Shown here: one piece after another, positions 1 through 11,973 of the stretch
Position numbering within the stretch: the first letter of the stretch is position 1
Layout: each line of letters opens with the position of its first letter
NCBI GenBank assembly: GCA_028023455.1
Contig: JAQFVV010000001.1
Coordinates: 4,030,001 to 4,094,000 of the forward strand
Direction: 5' to 3'
From: Epiperipatus broadwayi
Lineage: Eukaryota > Animalia > Onychophora
DNA: 64,000 nucleotides
Position numbers and translations under genes: made by a program
The notes under the pieces: model-generated
Seen by the model: the letters and a program-made list of their open reading frames with translations, nothing else
What the model was told of the DNA's origin: nothing
The model's database searches: none

Positions 1-139
1 ATCATTCCACATATGATGTTCTATGACTTCTCTTTTTCGGAATCAGAAATCTCTCATGCACTATGCCCAGAGACACCTGTTTACCACTTTCTTTTCCATT
101 CCCTGCCCTAAGTTTTTCCCATATTCTTCTCTATCCTGC

Positions 140-3100
140 TCCATCCCATTTCCACAACATAATTTTTCTCAAGTTCGGGGCCTTTATATCAAAATCCTCT
201 TTATCTTTTCCCAAGCCCAGCATAAAAACCAATAACCCACTTTGTGTATAATCACTTTGTTTATTTATTTTTCCACAACTTCTGCTTGAAAGCATTTACA
301 TTCAATTAAAAGATGTCTAATATTTTCTATGTCTTCCTTACATAACTTGATGACTAAATCACTCACATTTTTCCATTTATGTGTATATTTCCTTGTTGCC
401 AAAGATCCTGTTTGAGACTTAAACAGTAAACTATTTTCCTTGCTATTGTCATAAATTAACCCACACTCAATAGTCTGTTTACTTCTATATACATTTAAAC
501 TCTTTTTACTCTCCATACTAGTTCTCCATCTCTCCAGCTCCCTATTTCTTTATTAATGCATCTATTCTTCTATCTCATTCTTTACAACTATTACACTCAA
601 CAATTCTCCTAACACAATCATCCCACCTTTTGTATAAGTATAATGGCATAAATTCTTTATCCAAATCTTCTATATACTATACCACCTTTCTCACCCATCT
701 TGTTGCCTGCACTTTATTCATAACCCAATTAAATACTATTTTGGCTATTCTCTTATTATCTATAAACTACAATCTACCAACATTTTTATTTAGCTTTTTG
801 CATCTTTCATATAAAAACTTGATAATGCAATTTCTTGTTGAATTGCCTCTTTTGCCATCCACACATTTGCATCTAATGCATGTCTTTCTACTTCTCTTTG
901 TACTTTTTCTAAGTAACTTAACACCCCTTTACTTGCACATAACACATTGTTACTATATGTTAACCCTGCTATTGCCAGTCCCAAACAATTCTTGCTATAT
1001 CATATTTATTATATGAAAACACTATTAATTTCTTTATCAGTCCTTTCTTTTCTTTGCTTCTTCTCCCATTCATCCAAACAATTTCTCTAATTACTTAAGA
1101 TGATTCCCAAATAGCATATTTAATTTTATATCCTCCAATAAAATTTGTTGTCTTCTCTTTTCCCAGTATTAATCATTATTACTTTTGATTTTTATTCACT
1201 AAATTTAATCCCTATTTCTTTATCCACCCTTGCACATGTCCTCAGCATAACTTCCCTTTTTTCCATGTGCAAGAAGACATTACCACAAATAAAAGACTTG
1301 ATAATGTAAACACTCCCTTACCACCTGTTAATGGTATCTCTACCCTTCTTCCTAGTTTTTCCATTTCCCCATTTTTCTCAAATACAACAAAAACAAATTA
1401 AGTGATGTAGGGCATTCTTGCCTTAGTCCCACCCCATTTTTAACTTTAACTGATTTTATACTCCCTAATTGATATGTGTATTAATATTTTCATACAATCA
1501 CTTAATCAAATTCACTAAAGCTCTATCCATTCCTAAGTTTACTAAACTTACTCATAATCTATTTCTACTTACTCTATCATATGCCTGCTCTACATCTACA
1601 AAAACTATGTATATCTGTCTACCTATATTTCTACTCATATCTATAAGTTTCATAACTACAATTAAACAATCTCCTATATGCCTATGCGATCAAAAATCTT
1701 CTTACATTGTCCCACTATATTATTTTCTTCCAGACATTTTGCAACTCTTTCAGCAACCATATGTGTAGAAAATTTATATAACACTTATGTTACATCTATC
1801 AGTCTATAATTATTTAACTTTCTATGATCCTTACCCTTTCCTTTAAATAGTAGCCTTACTCTTGTATTACTTCAACTATCTGGAAATCTCTCTTCTCTGT
1901 CATTTTATTAAAACATGATAATAGGTTTAATTTTGCACTATGTCCTAAATTCATTACCATCCCTGCTACCCATCCATATAAACCTCTTGCCTTTCCACTT
2001 TTAATTTTTTCTCTGCCTCATTTAGTTAATTTTCTGTAAACCTAATATTTCCATCACTATATGGTTTCATGTTATCACTCAGTCCTTAACATCTAACATC
2101 TTTTCTATATCCATTACATACTTATTTAAGATTGTCTCTAATTCTTCTATAGAGTTATAGTTTATTCCCTCATCATCTAGTAATACTATTTCTTTCTCAT
2201 TGACATTCCTTCATTTAAAGTATTTCCAAAATTCTTTACTCTCATCTCTTCCACTTTTATTAATATCCTCCAACAATTTACTATTTAATTTCATTCTCTT
2301 TTTATAATTATTTATTTTGGCCAATTTTTTTTTTTTTTGTAAATGCTCTTCCCATTTAACATTAACATATTTTTCTCTTTGTTCTGAATGGTGCACTTAT
2401 ATTCTTTGCATGCTTTCCTCCTCTCTTTTACACTTTTATTAACTCTCACTTTTCTATAATTTTTATTCTTCTGAAAATATTTTCACATAAACCTTATTTG
2501 TCATTTTTTCTACTTCACACACCAGTCTTTATATTCATTCCCAGCCAACTCTTCCATTGTTTCTTCAACTTTTATTTTATATTTTTCTAACTTATTTTTA
2601 TCATTTATTTTTGATCCACATTTCACTATCCTTTCTACTTTTATTACTATTTTCCATCACATTACTAACCATTTCTATTATAAAGAAATTATGATCACTA
2701 TTACATACTCTCTCTTTATTATCTTTAATTTTCTGCACTTTATTCAATCCCTCTTTCTCTACTAATACATAATTTATTGTGTGAAATATATTATTTCTAG
2801 ACCATATGTATTGTCCCTCACAAGTATTTGATAAATTTCCAATGCTCAAATTCATTCTCTGACAAAATTCTTCAAAAGCTGTCCATTCTTGCTATTTGCA
2901 TCATCAATTTCTTCAATATGCCCATTCAAATCCCCTAATAACCATTATTCTCTTTTCCCTTTTTTTTTTTTGAAACTCTGTATATCCTTAACTAGACATT
3001 CAAATAATCTTCAGTGGCTATATACACTATAGCCACCATCCATTCTTGTCTTCCTAACCTTATATCAAACCACAACTGTTCTTGACATTTAACATTATTT

Positions 3101-3805
3101 AAATATTTTTTTGACATAACTCCTATACCATCACCCCTTTTTTCTTATCTATTTATACTCTGCCATACCAAGTCTTCCATTATACATTCTTCTTCTCTTA
3201 GATGTGTTTCCACTATTGCTAATACATCAAGCTCTTCATTTTTAACTGCTTTGTTTAATTCCAGCCAATTTTCTGATCTCCTATCACCTTGCGTATCTAA
3301 ATATCCAATTTTAACAATCTTTTTCCTAACTATTCTTTTATAAATTTTTTTGACTCTTTCTTCCCCATTACATTTATAAATAACTTGCTTACCATTAATT
3401 TTACAGACCCATTCCCACTCCACAGCTGTATTTATATCCAAATCAGCTATCCTTTGTTTATTTCTTACATCCTGTCCATTCTTCTTCTTTTCAATAACAC
3501 TGTAACTTAAAACCCCCACCCCCCTTAATAAGTTTCCCGAAATATATTCTTTATAATTCAAACTCCCTAAAACTTCACTTCCTTGTTTTGTTAAGTTCAA
3601 TCCATCTTTACTATATAACTCCCTCTTATTAATAAAAAAAAATCCCATACATCCACAAACAACAACAACATTTCTCTCACACAATTTTTTCAATCTCTCA
3701 TTTTTAGAACATGCCCTATCTAACATATATACATTGTCAAATCTTGGTAATAATTCAACTATTCCTACTCTTTTTTTAATTTTACTCAAATTACTAGTCA
3801 ATTCT
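140..3805 (-). mobile_element. Decayed non-LTR retrotransposon, RTEX-like (SGNH esterase + APE endonuclease + RT + C-terminal CCHC knuckle)
   Basis: Minus-strand remnants in correct order: esterase-like IVELLPRFD...YSKDGLNLTKQGSEVLGSL (~3560-3760); APE motifs IGYLDTQG, AIVETHL, LGDLNGH (~2921-2938), SDH (2691-2699); RT motifs LLFKGKGKD...NYRLI (~1800-1860), GLRQECPTSLNLF (~1395-1435), degenerate LLFVD (~1275-1296); C-terminal LCKEDIENIRHLLIEC (265-516 ORF). Many stops and frameshifts. The clade is inferred from the esterase plus CCHC combination. Confidence 0.8.
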
Positions 3806-3815
3806 ATGTACTCAT

Positions 3816-3955
3816 CATGGCTAAGAAATTTAGTACCGCCCTCTATGAAATATAAATATAATAAGAGTCCCTAATTCAAAAGAGCCAGCTTATTATGAAA
3901 TATGTACTCTAATATATTTATTTCATAGAAGGCGGTGCTGAATTTCTTGGCCATG
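3816..3955. repeat. 140-bp imperfect inverted repeat (MITE-like hairpin)
   Basis: CATGGCTAAGAAATTTAGTACCGCCCTCTATGAAATA at 3816 is the reverse complement, with a few transitions, of TATTTCATAGAAGGCGGTGCTGAATTTCTTGGCCATG ending at 3955; no clear TSD. Confidence 0.8.
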
Positions 3956-5389
3956 TGGGGTGATTTAATAGTTAATGTATTTTTTAAAATAATTTTCTTA
4001 ACACATGATTACTTATTTTTATTCAAATTTAATTCTCGTTTCTACATGTCAGCAGCTAAGTAACTATTAACTAAAATTAAGCTTGTAATTGTATATAGGC
4101 TTATATCCGAATATCCAATTGAATAAAGGAATATAAATCATGAGTATAAAAAAGTTTTATGTTTAAAAAGGAAACCACCCTCTCAAATAAATTAAAAAAA
4201 CATAAATAAATTTATAATCTCAATTTTTTTCAAGTGAATGATTTTCACAAATGACTTGCAATGTTTTCCAGCCCACAAGAATAAACAAAATATTTTAACA
4301 GTTAACAAATTAATTTTAAATGGTATTATAAAAAATTCTAGACACCTGGACCAATTTCATTAAAAAGCAAATCATGAAAATTTAAACGAAGCAGAAAAAA
4401 AGATGCAATTTACATTAACATTATTTAAAAATAAGTAAATAAATACTGTAATAGCAGTAAAAATGTTTAATGAATCAACACTTTTAAGATAATTATGACG
4501 TGTCTAAATAATCTTACGCTGGGTGGTGATGGTGGTGGTGGGGGGGAGTCCATTTTATTATTGAAAGTTATTGTATATAAAGACAAAAAAAGTAATTTAA
4601 TTCTATATTTACTATAAATCGGCAGTTATGTATAGAGATATAATAAAGTAGTGAAAAAATGATCCATGAAATATTTAAAAGTAATCTGAAAAATCCTTTA
4701 TGATTCGCTATAATAATCATATACATTCTGTCTAGAAGGTTTTTATATGAAGTGTCAATTAATATCTATACATTTGTTTAAAGTTTATTAAACACTATAT
4801 ATGATAATAAATTTGTAGAATTTTTTTTTAATGCTGTACCGTATTACAATAAATAAAATTCGAAGTAAATACATCCGTCATTAATGACATCTAGTGGATA
4901 ATTTATAAATTACATTTTAGAATACATATTCGATTTCACATCAACTTATTCTCTGCATTATCTTCAGACTATCCTTACATTTTTGAATAAACATATTAAT
5001 TTCTATAGTCTAATTAAATTGTAATTTTTTAAAAAACATAATAAGAAATAACGCTTGTCTGAAGGTTTGTAATGATGGCGTTTTAATTTTAATTATATAT
5101 TGGACTATTTCCATAATCTAATATTAAATATTGAATGACTTTAGACTTTTTAAAAAACTTTCTAATTACATTCAACTATTAGTAATAGCGATAGAAAGAA
5201 TACAAACTGATGATTAGAAATAGCAGAATTTTACATGATAATAGCAAATAACTCCATAAGTTAACCTAGTGTGATAATGCATAACGTTTGGAAGCCATTC
5301 ATTAACCTTGTTCTTAAAAAAAAAAAAAAAAATGGAGGTAGCTCTCATAGATAAGTATATAAAATTCCTATGGATTGTTATCTTAGCAA

Positions 5390-5475
5390 AATAGCTCAAT
5401 TCAATTAGTTAGATCGTTGCTTTAAATTCAAGATTCATTAATCTAAGATTCCAGATTCGACACCTATTGGGCAGG
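5390..5475 (+). pseudogene. Degenerate tRNA-like / SINE-head relic
   Basis: A-box-like TAGCTCAATT (~5392) and B-box-like GATTCGACACC (5454-5464); cloverleaf not intact. Confidence 0.3.
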
Positions 5476-5699
5476 TCAACAATATTTAAAGAAAATAATA
5501 GCACTCAACATGTATTATATAATAAATTGTGTGCATTTTTAACAGTTTAATGTAATTGGAAAGTTTAAATAAAGTTTAAAATATTTTCTAAAGACATTCA
5601 ATATTTAATATTATCTCTAGTTAACTCTACATTATAGTTAATTTACGTTGTAAAGTTATGTAGTAACTTCTCTGTATTTTCACTCACCTAACACTGTTG

Positions 5700-6780
5700 C
5701 ATCATTTCATTAAATCAGATCTACATCATAAATTTTTATAGGTAAGTATCGTCTTTCATGTGAATACATTTCTGATGAAATATGCAATGTCTTGGATCTA
5801 TTTCCAAATTTCAACAAAATATCACATGCTCTTAGCTTATATAATGCAGTTAAGTAGCAATACTCTTTCTTTCATCCCATTTCTGCCATCTAGAGTAAGT
5901 TGAAATAAACAATAGATGCTAAATGATAGTGCTTAATAAATCCTATCCAGTGCTATCCTATCCAAAATTCTAATAATACTTTCTAACTTCTGGATTTCAT
6001 CAGTGAGGAATTTTGGATCTGGGAGTAGTGCACATGAATTTTCTGTATTTAATGAATCTTTCTTTCAGAGACTTCTTTTATTCTTTTATTTTACTTTCAA
6101 AATACTATTCTCAATTGAATAATATATTGTTTTCAATTTAACTCAATTTGCTTGCATAGCTACATAGATCTGAAACTATATCAATATCTATTTGTTATAG
6201 TGCCCTTAGCTTTTTAATAACTACAGACTATTTATATAAAGCTGTTTAATAGCAAATTCTTTCTCTCATCTTAGTCATGTCACCTAATGTAAACTTAATT
6301 AATTAATAGATATGAGATTACAGTATTTAATAAATTCCCATCCAATTTTGCCCTATTTAATATTCCCCAAACAGTTTCTAAACTATGGGTTTCAACAATG
6401 AGAAACTTTGGATCTGGGAATAATGCACCTGGATATTTTGTACTTGATACACCTTTCCTTCAGCAGCTATGTTTTACTTCTTTGTTTTATTACCAAGCTA
6501 TCAGCACAAATTGAAAAACTTTTTTTTTTCAATTTAAGCTACCTTGCTTGTATAGTTGTATAGATCTGAAACTAGTTTGGTATTCATGTATTATGGTGAT
6601 TTTTTTTTTAAATAACTGTAGAGATTTTTATTCTTTAGCCAGGATTGGTATAAAACCAATAAAACTTTACATAAGCCGCTCTTATATAATGCCATTTAAT
6701 AGCAAATTCTCTTTCTCTCACCGCAGTAATAGCATCTAGTGTAAGCTTGAATAACCAATAGATCCTAAATAGTAATATTT
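5700..6780 (-). repeat. Decayed tandem repeat of ~400-450-bp units (2 full + 1 partial), possibly Penelope-like pseudo-LTR remnants
   Basis: Shared blocks recur: TTGGATCTGGGA (~6013, ~6408), ATAGATCTGAAACTA (~6164, ~6560), TTTAATAGCAAATTCT (~6245, ~6695), and an (A/C)TCTAGTGTAAG-like block (~5887, ~6290, ~6733). Related sequence at 8990-9065 and 59225-59420. Confidence 0.6.
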
Positions 6781-7964
6781 AATCGAGTTATACTACTTTT
6801 AAATCCAAAGCTCTTCAGTCAATGAAGTCATTAGCTGGAAAATAGTTTGTTGATATTGAATAGGACATCGCTGAATAGATATTTGAAAAGACAAATAGGG
6901 ACATTTTTAATTTAATATTTTTTTATTTTATGATATGTGTCTATTTATACTCTATGATATTATTAAATTATTTCTATTTAATTATTTAAAAGCATTTGGA
7001 TAACATTTTCTGAAATTTACAAATTGTGAGGTGGTTAGTTGTAAATAAATAAAAATATTAAAAGAAATTTAAAGCTAATAAAAATAGAAAGAGGTTCAGC
7101 TTAATAAAGTATAGAAATCATTATATTGTAATGGAAATGAAATGCTTATATAAGTATTTACATAAAGAATGTGTGCTCTACAATTAAATAGAATTATTTG
7201 AAGTCTAGTGGTGGTCACCATAATGATGATGATCATTTTCTACATAATCATTAATGTCATAAAGCTGTATGAAATTTAAAGGTGACTCTTAATAAGGACA
7301 CATTATATTCTAATTTTTAGGTTCCAGGATGTTATCCATAAAATTCCCCAAATGTGCCCACGCGCAAATTCTGTTGTTGCCTAATTCTAACCTTTTGGTT
7401 AGTAAGAGACTCTATTGAATATGTATACAATGGTATAAAATAAACAAATAACTAATTTAGTACCATAACAAATTTATTATGATTCAAATACAATATCAAT
7501 GAATAATAACAATAATAAAAATGACATAATTTTTTAGTATAGCATAAATAAATGATTACATCTTATTTGTCTTAGTTACAAATATAGCATAAACATTAAG
7601 TTATCAAATAAAAAAATAAAAAGTAAATGGAGTAACTTTGATTAAATTATATTCCTATTTGACTTATATATACAAATGCTAAGTTTGACATGATAACAAT
7701 ATAGTTAAATATGCATTCTCACAAACATTTTACACTCCCAAAATGTATATATTTATTAGTTACTAATTTGTTTTAAAATATAAGTTTGGTCCATACATTC
7801 TTTTAGCAATAAATATGTTATACTTTTAAATTTCATTAATTATATATAATAAATTTTGCATTTATATGTTGATATGCTTCACAAAGTATATAATTTTTCT
7901 ATCAATTGTGTTTCTGATTTGTAATGGTCAAAGAGAATGAAACTATCATTATGAATATATTTTT

Positions 7965-8130
7965 CTTAAAAATGAATCAGATGACAATTAAAATGAGTAA
8001 AATTATACAACAGTATCACATAAATAAATCAACATATCAATTTAATAATTACACATTTGAAAAGAAAAGATCATCTAATTCCTCACATTGGTAGGGTCAA
8101 AGTTACAATAAATTGATAACTAAAAAGAGT
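7965..8130 (+). repeat. Dispersed repeat, inverted copy at ~12250-12400
   Basis: AAAAATGAATCAGA...TTTGAAAAGAAAAGATCATCTAATTCCTCACATTGGTAG...CAAAGTTACAATAAA matches the reverse complement of 12250-12400. Confidence 0.75.
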
Positions 8131-10578
8131 GCTCATGATACACCCAACAAATCATAAAACCAAATATCAAAATTTTATAATTGTTTAAATATAGTTCTAT
8201 GAGATTATAATTATTACTTATTTAGACTTCAGATCTAATTTATATGAATTTCATTATTCTATATACTGTAATCCTATTTCCATATTAATAGTATTACTTA
8301 TTATAATTTAAATCTATAATATTATTGCTTCAATGTGTCACATAAGCATGAATGTGCATGATATCACTTAATTCATGAAATCTAAATAAGAGATTTCTAG
8401 ACAATTTAAAATCAGTAACTTAGTAGGGATGAAGTTGTAGACCATGTTTACAAAAGATCCTATCATATATGTATTGTCTGTAATAATGGCAATTTCATTA
8501 TCAACAATGTGATTATATCATGCATTCAGTTCTCTATAAAGAGGCAAAGATAAGATATGCATGTAAAATACATTGATATAAATCATACTTTAAAGCATAA
8601 CCAGGCAGATATAACTGGGATTCTTATTATCAGTAAATCATAATGATATGTATCCTTAATAAGTCTGTCTTTGATGCAAGTGCATGCATAAATATATATG
8701 CTCTTAAAATATCATTATGTAAATACATACTTACATGTAGTGAACTAATCAGTATGCTAGAATTTCTGCCACAAAGTCTAAAATATCAAGAAAAATGAGT
8801 ATGCTTATAATTATTTTCAATGTTAATGCAGGAATGCATATCTGTGAGCATGCATGTCATTATGTCAATAAAATGAGCAGGAATTCCATGCTTGCATTCA
8901 TATACTTGATATATGTACACAATAGAATTATTAAACATCACATGATCACCATCTCTATACTAGCACATAATTGTTGTAAACAAAGACAAAACTCTTCTGG
9001 CATCCATTGATTACCCTGTTTGGCACAGGGTGGCACTACTGTATGGAGAGTTTTGCCTTTGTTTAATAGAATTATTATTTAATGTTTTCATGCCTATTTC
9101 TAATATGGATTATATATAAACATGTATTAAATACCTATATAACTGAAGCTCACTTCTCTATAAATGAACAACAATTAAATACATTAATTAAGTTGCATTA
9201 TTATTTTATAACAATATTCTATACAGTTATAGCTAGCAAGCATTTTAAACTTACTCTTTCAACACATATAAAATAAAGTTCAAAAATTATTTTAATTAAA
9301 AATCGTTCACACTGTCAAATTATATCAATTGTTAATCTAATCTCATCCTATATTAATTTATTTAATTATAAATTTATAATATTCAAAGTAAAAATGTTTG
9401 GAAATTTTAACTCTAACAATTCATTCATTTAAATTGTAAGAATTTATTCTTTTAATTGTGTTAACTATGAGTAAACTTATATGATGCTTTTATCATTGTC
9501 AAAACAAAACTAAAAAAAATAGTACTTAAACCTTAAATATTTAAAATTATTCAGTTATTATTATAAAATATACATCAGCTATAAAATGCTTTAAAATATA
9601 TAAAGCAATCAAAAAATTATATATTTACAATGTTTCTATTCTAAAAGTTTTTTTTATAAAATTTTATGTTAAAGTCTATTTATATAGAGAACTGGGAACT
9701 TAAGCATAATGACAATGTTGAGGTTATAAATATGAATTATTCTGAAATTATTGGTTTCAGAGTTCTATTATATATCCTATTATTGACTGCAAATTCTTTA
9801 TTCTTTACTGTTTTAATTGAATTCTACTTGACCCATATTAAAACTGATAATCCCTTTTTTATATAATCCTTTATTTTATTTGCCAAGTTGCTGCAAAGGG
9901 TGAGACAATTCTAATATTTTGTTCCCAAGCCATTCTGAGAACTATACTATGAAGTTGGTTCATATATCTAGGGGAGATCTTACAAATTTCAGCCTGATAT
10001 TGCAGTTAAGCTTATATTACACATTTTGATTATAGCCATTTCCAAAACTGCAGAAGCTCTGATTTCTTATCAACTTTTAGAATGTGCAGACGATAAAATT
10101 CTTTTCTCACATGGTTTTTTTCTTTTTATTTATTTTTTAAATAATGTTAATCATTACACTAGGAATTAATAAGTCTTCTATCAAGTGCTTTGTCAGTTTT
10201 AACATAATATGTTATTAACTTTTTAATAATTACAGTTAAAATTACTTTACACAATATTAAAAATTATCTTGTACTATATTAAAAAGAATCCTTAGAATAT
10301 ATATTTTTATTACACACCCGCACGCATGCACATATACACAAAATACACCTATTTATAAATGTTATGTACTGTTTGCTTCTTAAAATGTATATCTTTTTAT
10401 TATTATATTCAAAATGTTTTATCCTTCCCATGTTTTTAGCACTACAATTAAGTAATTTCATTCAATTAACCAAACTGTGATTTTATTATCTAATGGCAGT
10501 GTTGCTCTGCCAACATATTGCTCATACTTGATTTATTCAAACATAAAGACTGTGATGACAAGATATATATATATATAT

Positions 10579-10669
10579 ACAATTCACTAGAATAAAACTA
10601 CAAAATTTTAAAAAAATGCCTATATAAAATTAAATATTAAAATTTTGTAGTTTTATTCTACTGAATTGT
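10579..10669. repeat. Hairpin with 33-bp arms (1 mismatch) following a (TA)n run
   Basis: ACAATTCACTAGAATAAAACTACAAAATTTTAA (10579-10611) vs TTAAAATTTTGTAGTTTTATTCTACTGAATTGT (10637-10669). Confidence 0.9.
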
Positions 10670-10671
10670 TT

Positions 10672-11973
10672 GGTAATTATAACGTAATCGGGCTTGGCCA
10701 CTTGATGGTGTTGTTGGCAGTCAAAAATAATACAATACAATGTTCGGGGCCGCGTTATTTTTAAATCGAATCACTGTTTTTTTTTTTTTTGGTTATTAAT
10801 TTATTGATTACTATAACTTTTTTTTATTTAAAAAGTTGTTTAACATTAATTTATATAACTTTTTTTTTTTATTTAAAAAGTTGTTTAATTTTAATTTTGG
10901 ATTTAGTAAATAAAAATTTTTTTTTATTTTTAAATCGCTGTTTTTTGACAAAGCTGCTACTCTGCGATGTCTATTTAGCGATGCCTTTCGTTTAATTATT
11001 GGTAAACAACAACCTTTTTTTTTTTTTAAATCGCTGTTTTTGGACAAATTATCATCATTCCTCCTTTCCCTTAATTATTGCTTTCTACGTAACAAAACAA
11101 CTGTGTAGGGTTAGGGTTAGTTTTAGGGTTAGTTTAGGGTTAGTTTTAGGGTTAGTTTAGGGTTAGTTTAGGGTTAGTTTTAGGGTTAGTTTAGGGTTAG
11201 TTTTAGGGTTAGTTTAGGATTAGTTTTAGGGTTAGTTTAGGGTTAGTTTTAGAGTTAGTTTAGAGTTAGTTTTAGGGTTAGTGTTCTGTTGTTTGTAATG
11301 CTAAAATAAAAAATATCGTAACCGTAGTCGGACAAAAGAAAGAGACTCAAACTTTTTTAAACAACAACAAACATATATAAATGTCTTCTTTACTTATTAA
11401 ACATGTTTATAATATGTGATTTCTATGAAATTTACAAAAAATTGTGTATATTTTTATTGGACAGCAGAAATACTCGGCTTCTGTTTTCGGAAACTGCGGA
11501 AAAAATTACGCTCGCCAGACATTTTATGAACTACATGATATTTCACGTGAAAACGAGATTTCGCACACGAACTCAACCAAATTCCTTTGATGTACTCTCA
11601 GCAAGCTTTTACACATTCTCTAAATAAGGGTGTGGCCATTTGGAAAATTACTATAAAGTCAGGTTTCTTAAATTCATTACAAATACAAAGATTGTGTAAT
11701 GTATATTGTAAAAATTTGACTAATCAAAATATACACACATATATATCAAACTGTACATGAAAGATAAGTGTATGGATTCACAATAACTGTCGCGAAGCAG
11801 AAATAGGCCGTATTATTTCTGCATTATGTCATCATCAATGGCCTTCTAATGGCTAACACAAACATTAGATGTTTTCTATAGCCGTAATGAAGGCCTTGTA
11901 AACGGCATTTGTTAGGTGTTTTGGCAAGCCAGAATGCCATCAAGTGATCAAGCCCGATTAGGTTATAAGTACC
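10672..11973 (+). mobile_element. Non-autonomous TIR DNA transposon, Merlin/IS1016-like (copy E1), containing a telomere-like array
   Basis: TIRs GGTAATTATAACGTAATCGGGCTTGGCCACTTGATGG (left) and GGTACTTATAACCTAATCGGGCTTGATCACTTGATGG (right, reverse complement); perfect 8-bp TSD AATTGTTT at 10664-10671 and 11974-11981. GG-N-R-M ends with an 8-9-bp TSD are the described Merlin signature. No transposase ORF. Confidence 0.75.
11106..11281 (+). repeat. Telomere-like tandem array, ~15 units of TTAGGGTTAGT(T)
   Basis: Directly visible; 11- and 12-nt units mostly alternate (23-nt higher-order unit), with TTAGGA/TTAGAG variants near the 3' end. Confidence 0.97.

Noticed and set aside
630-1768. Plus-strand hydrophobic ORFs (128 aa, 99 aa) as membrane proteins
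   Set aside because: They are the antisense shadow of the purine-rich minus-strand LINE ORF2; the same applies to plus-strand ORFs at 43.0-45.4 kb.
4885-4900. CTCF-like GACATCTAGTGG (similar at ~20687)
   Set aside because: Single degenerate motifs, not distinguishable from chance or TE remnants without ChIP data.
11106-11281. True chromosome end, or a CRISPR-like array
   Set aside because: The array is internal to a TIR element with continuous flanks, and there are no unique spacers or cas genes anywhere in the window.
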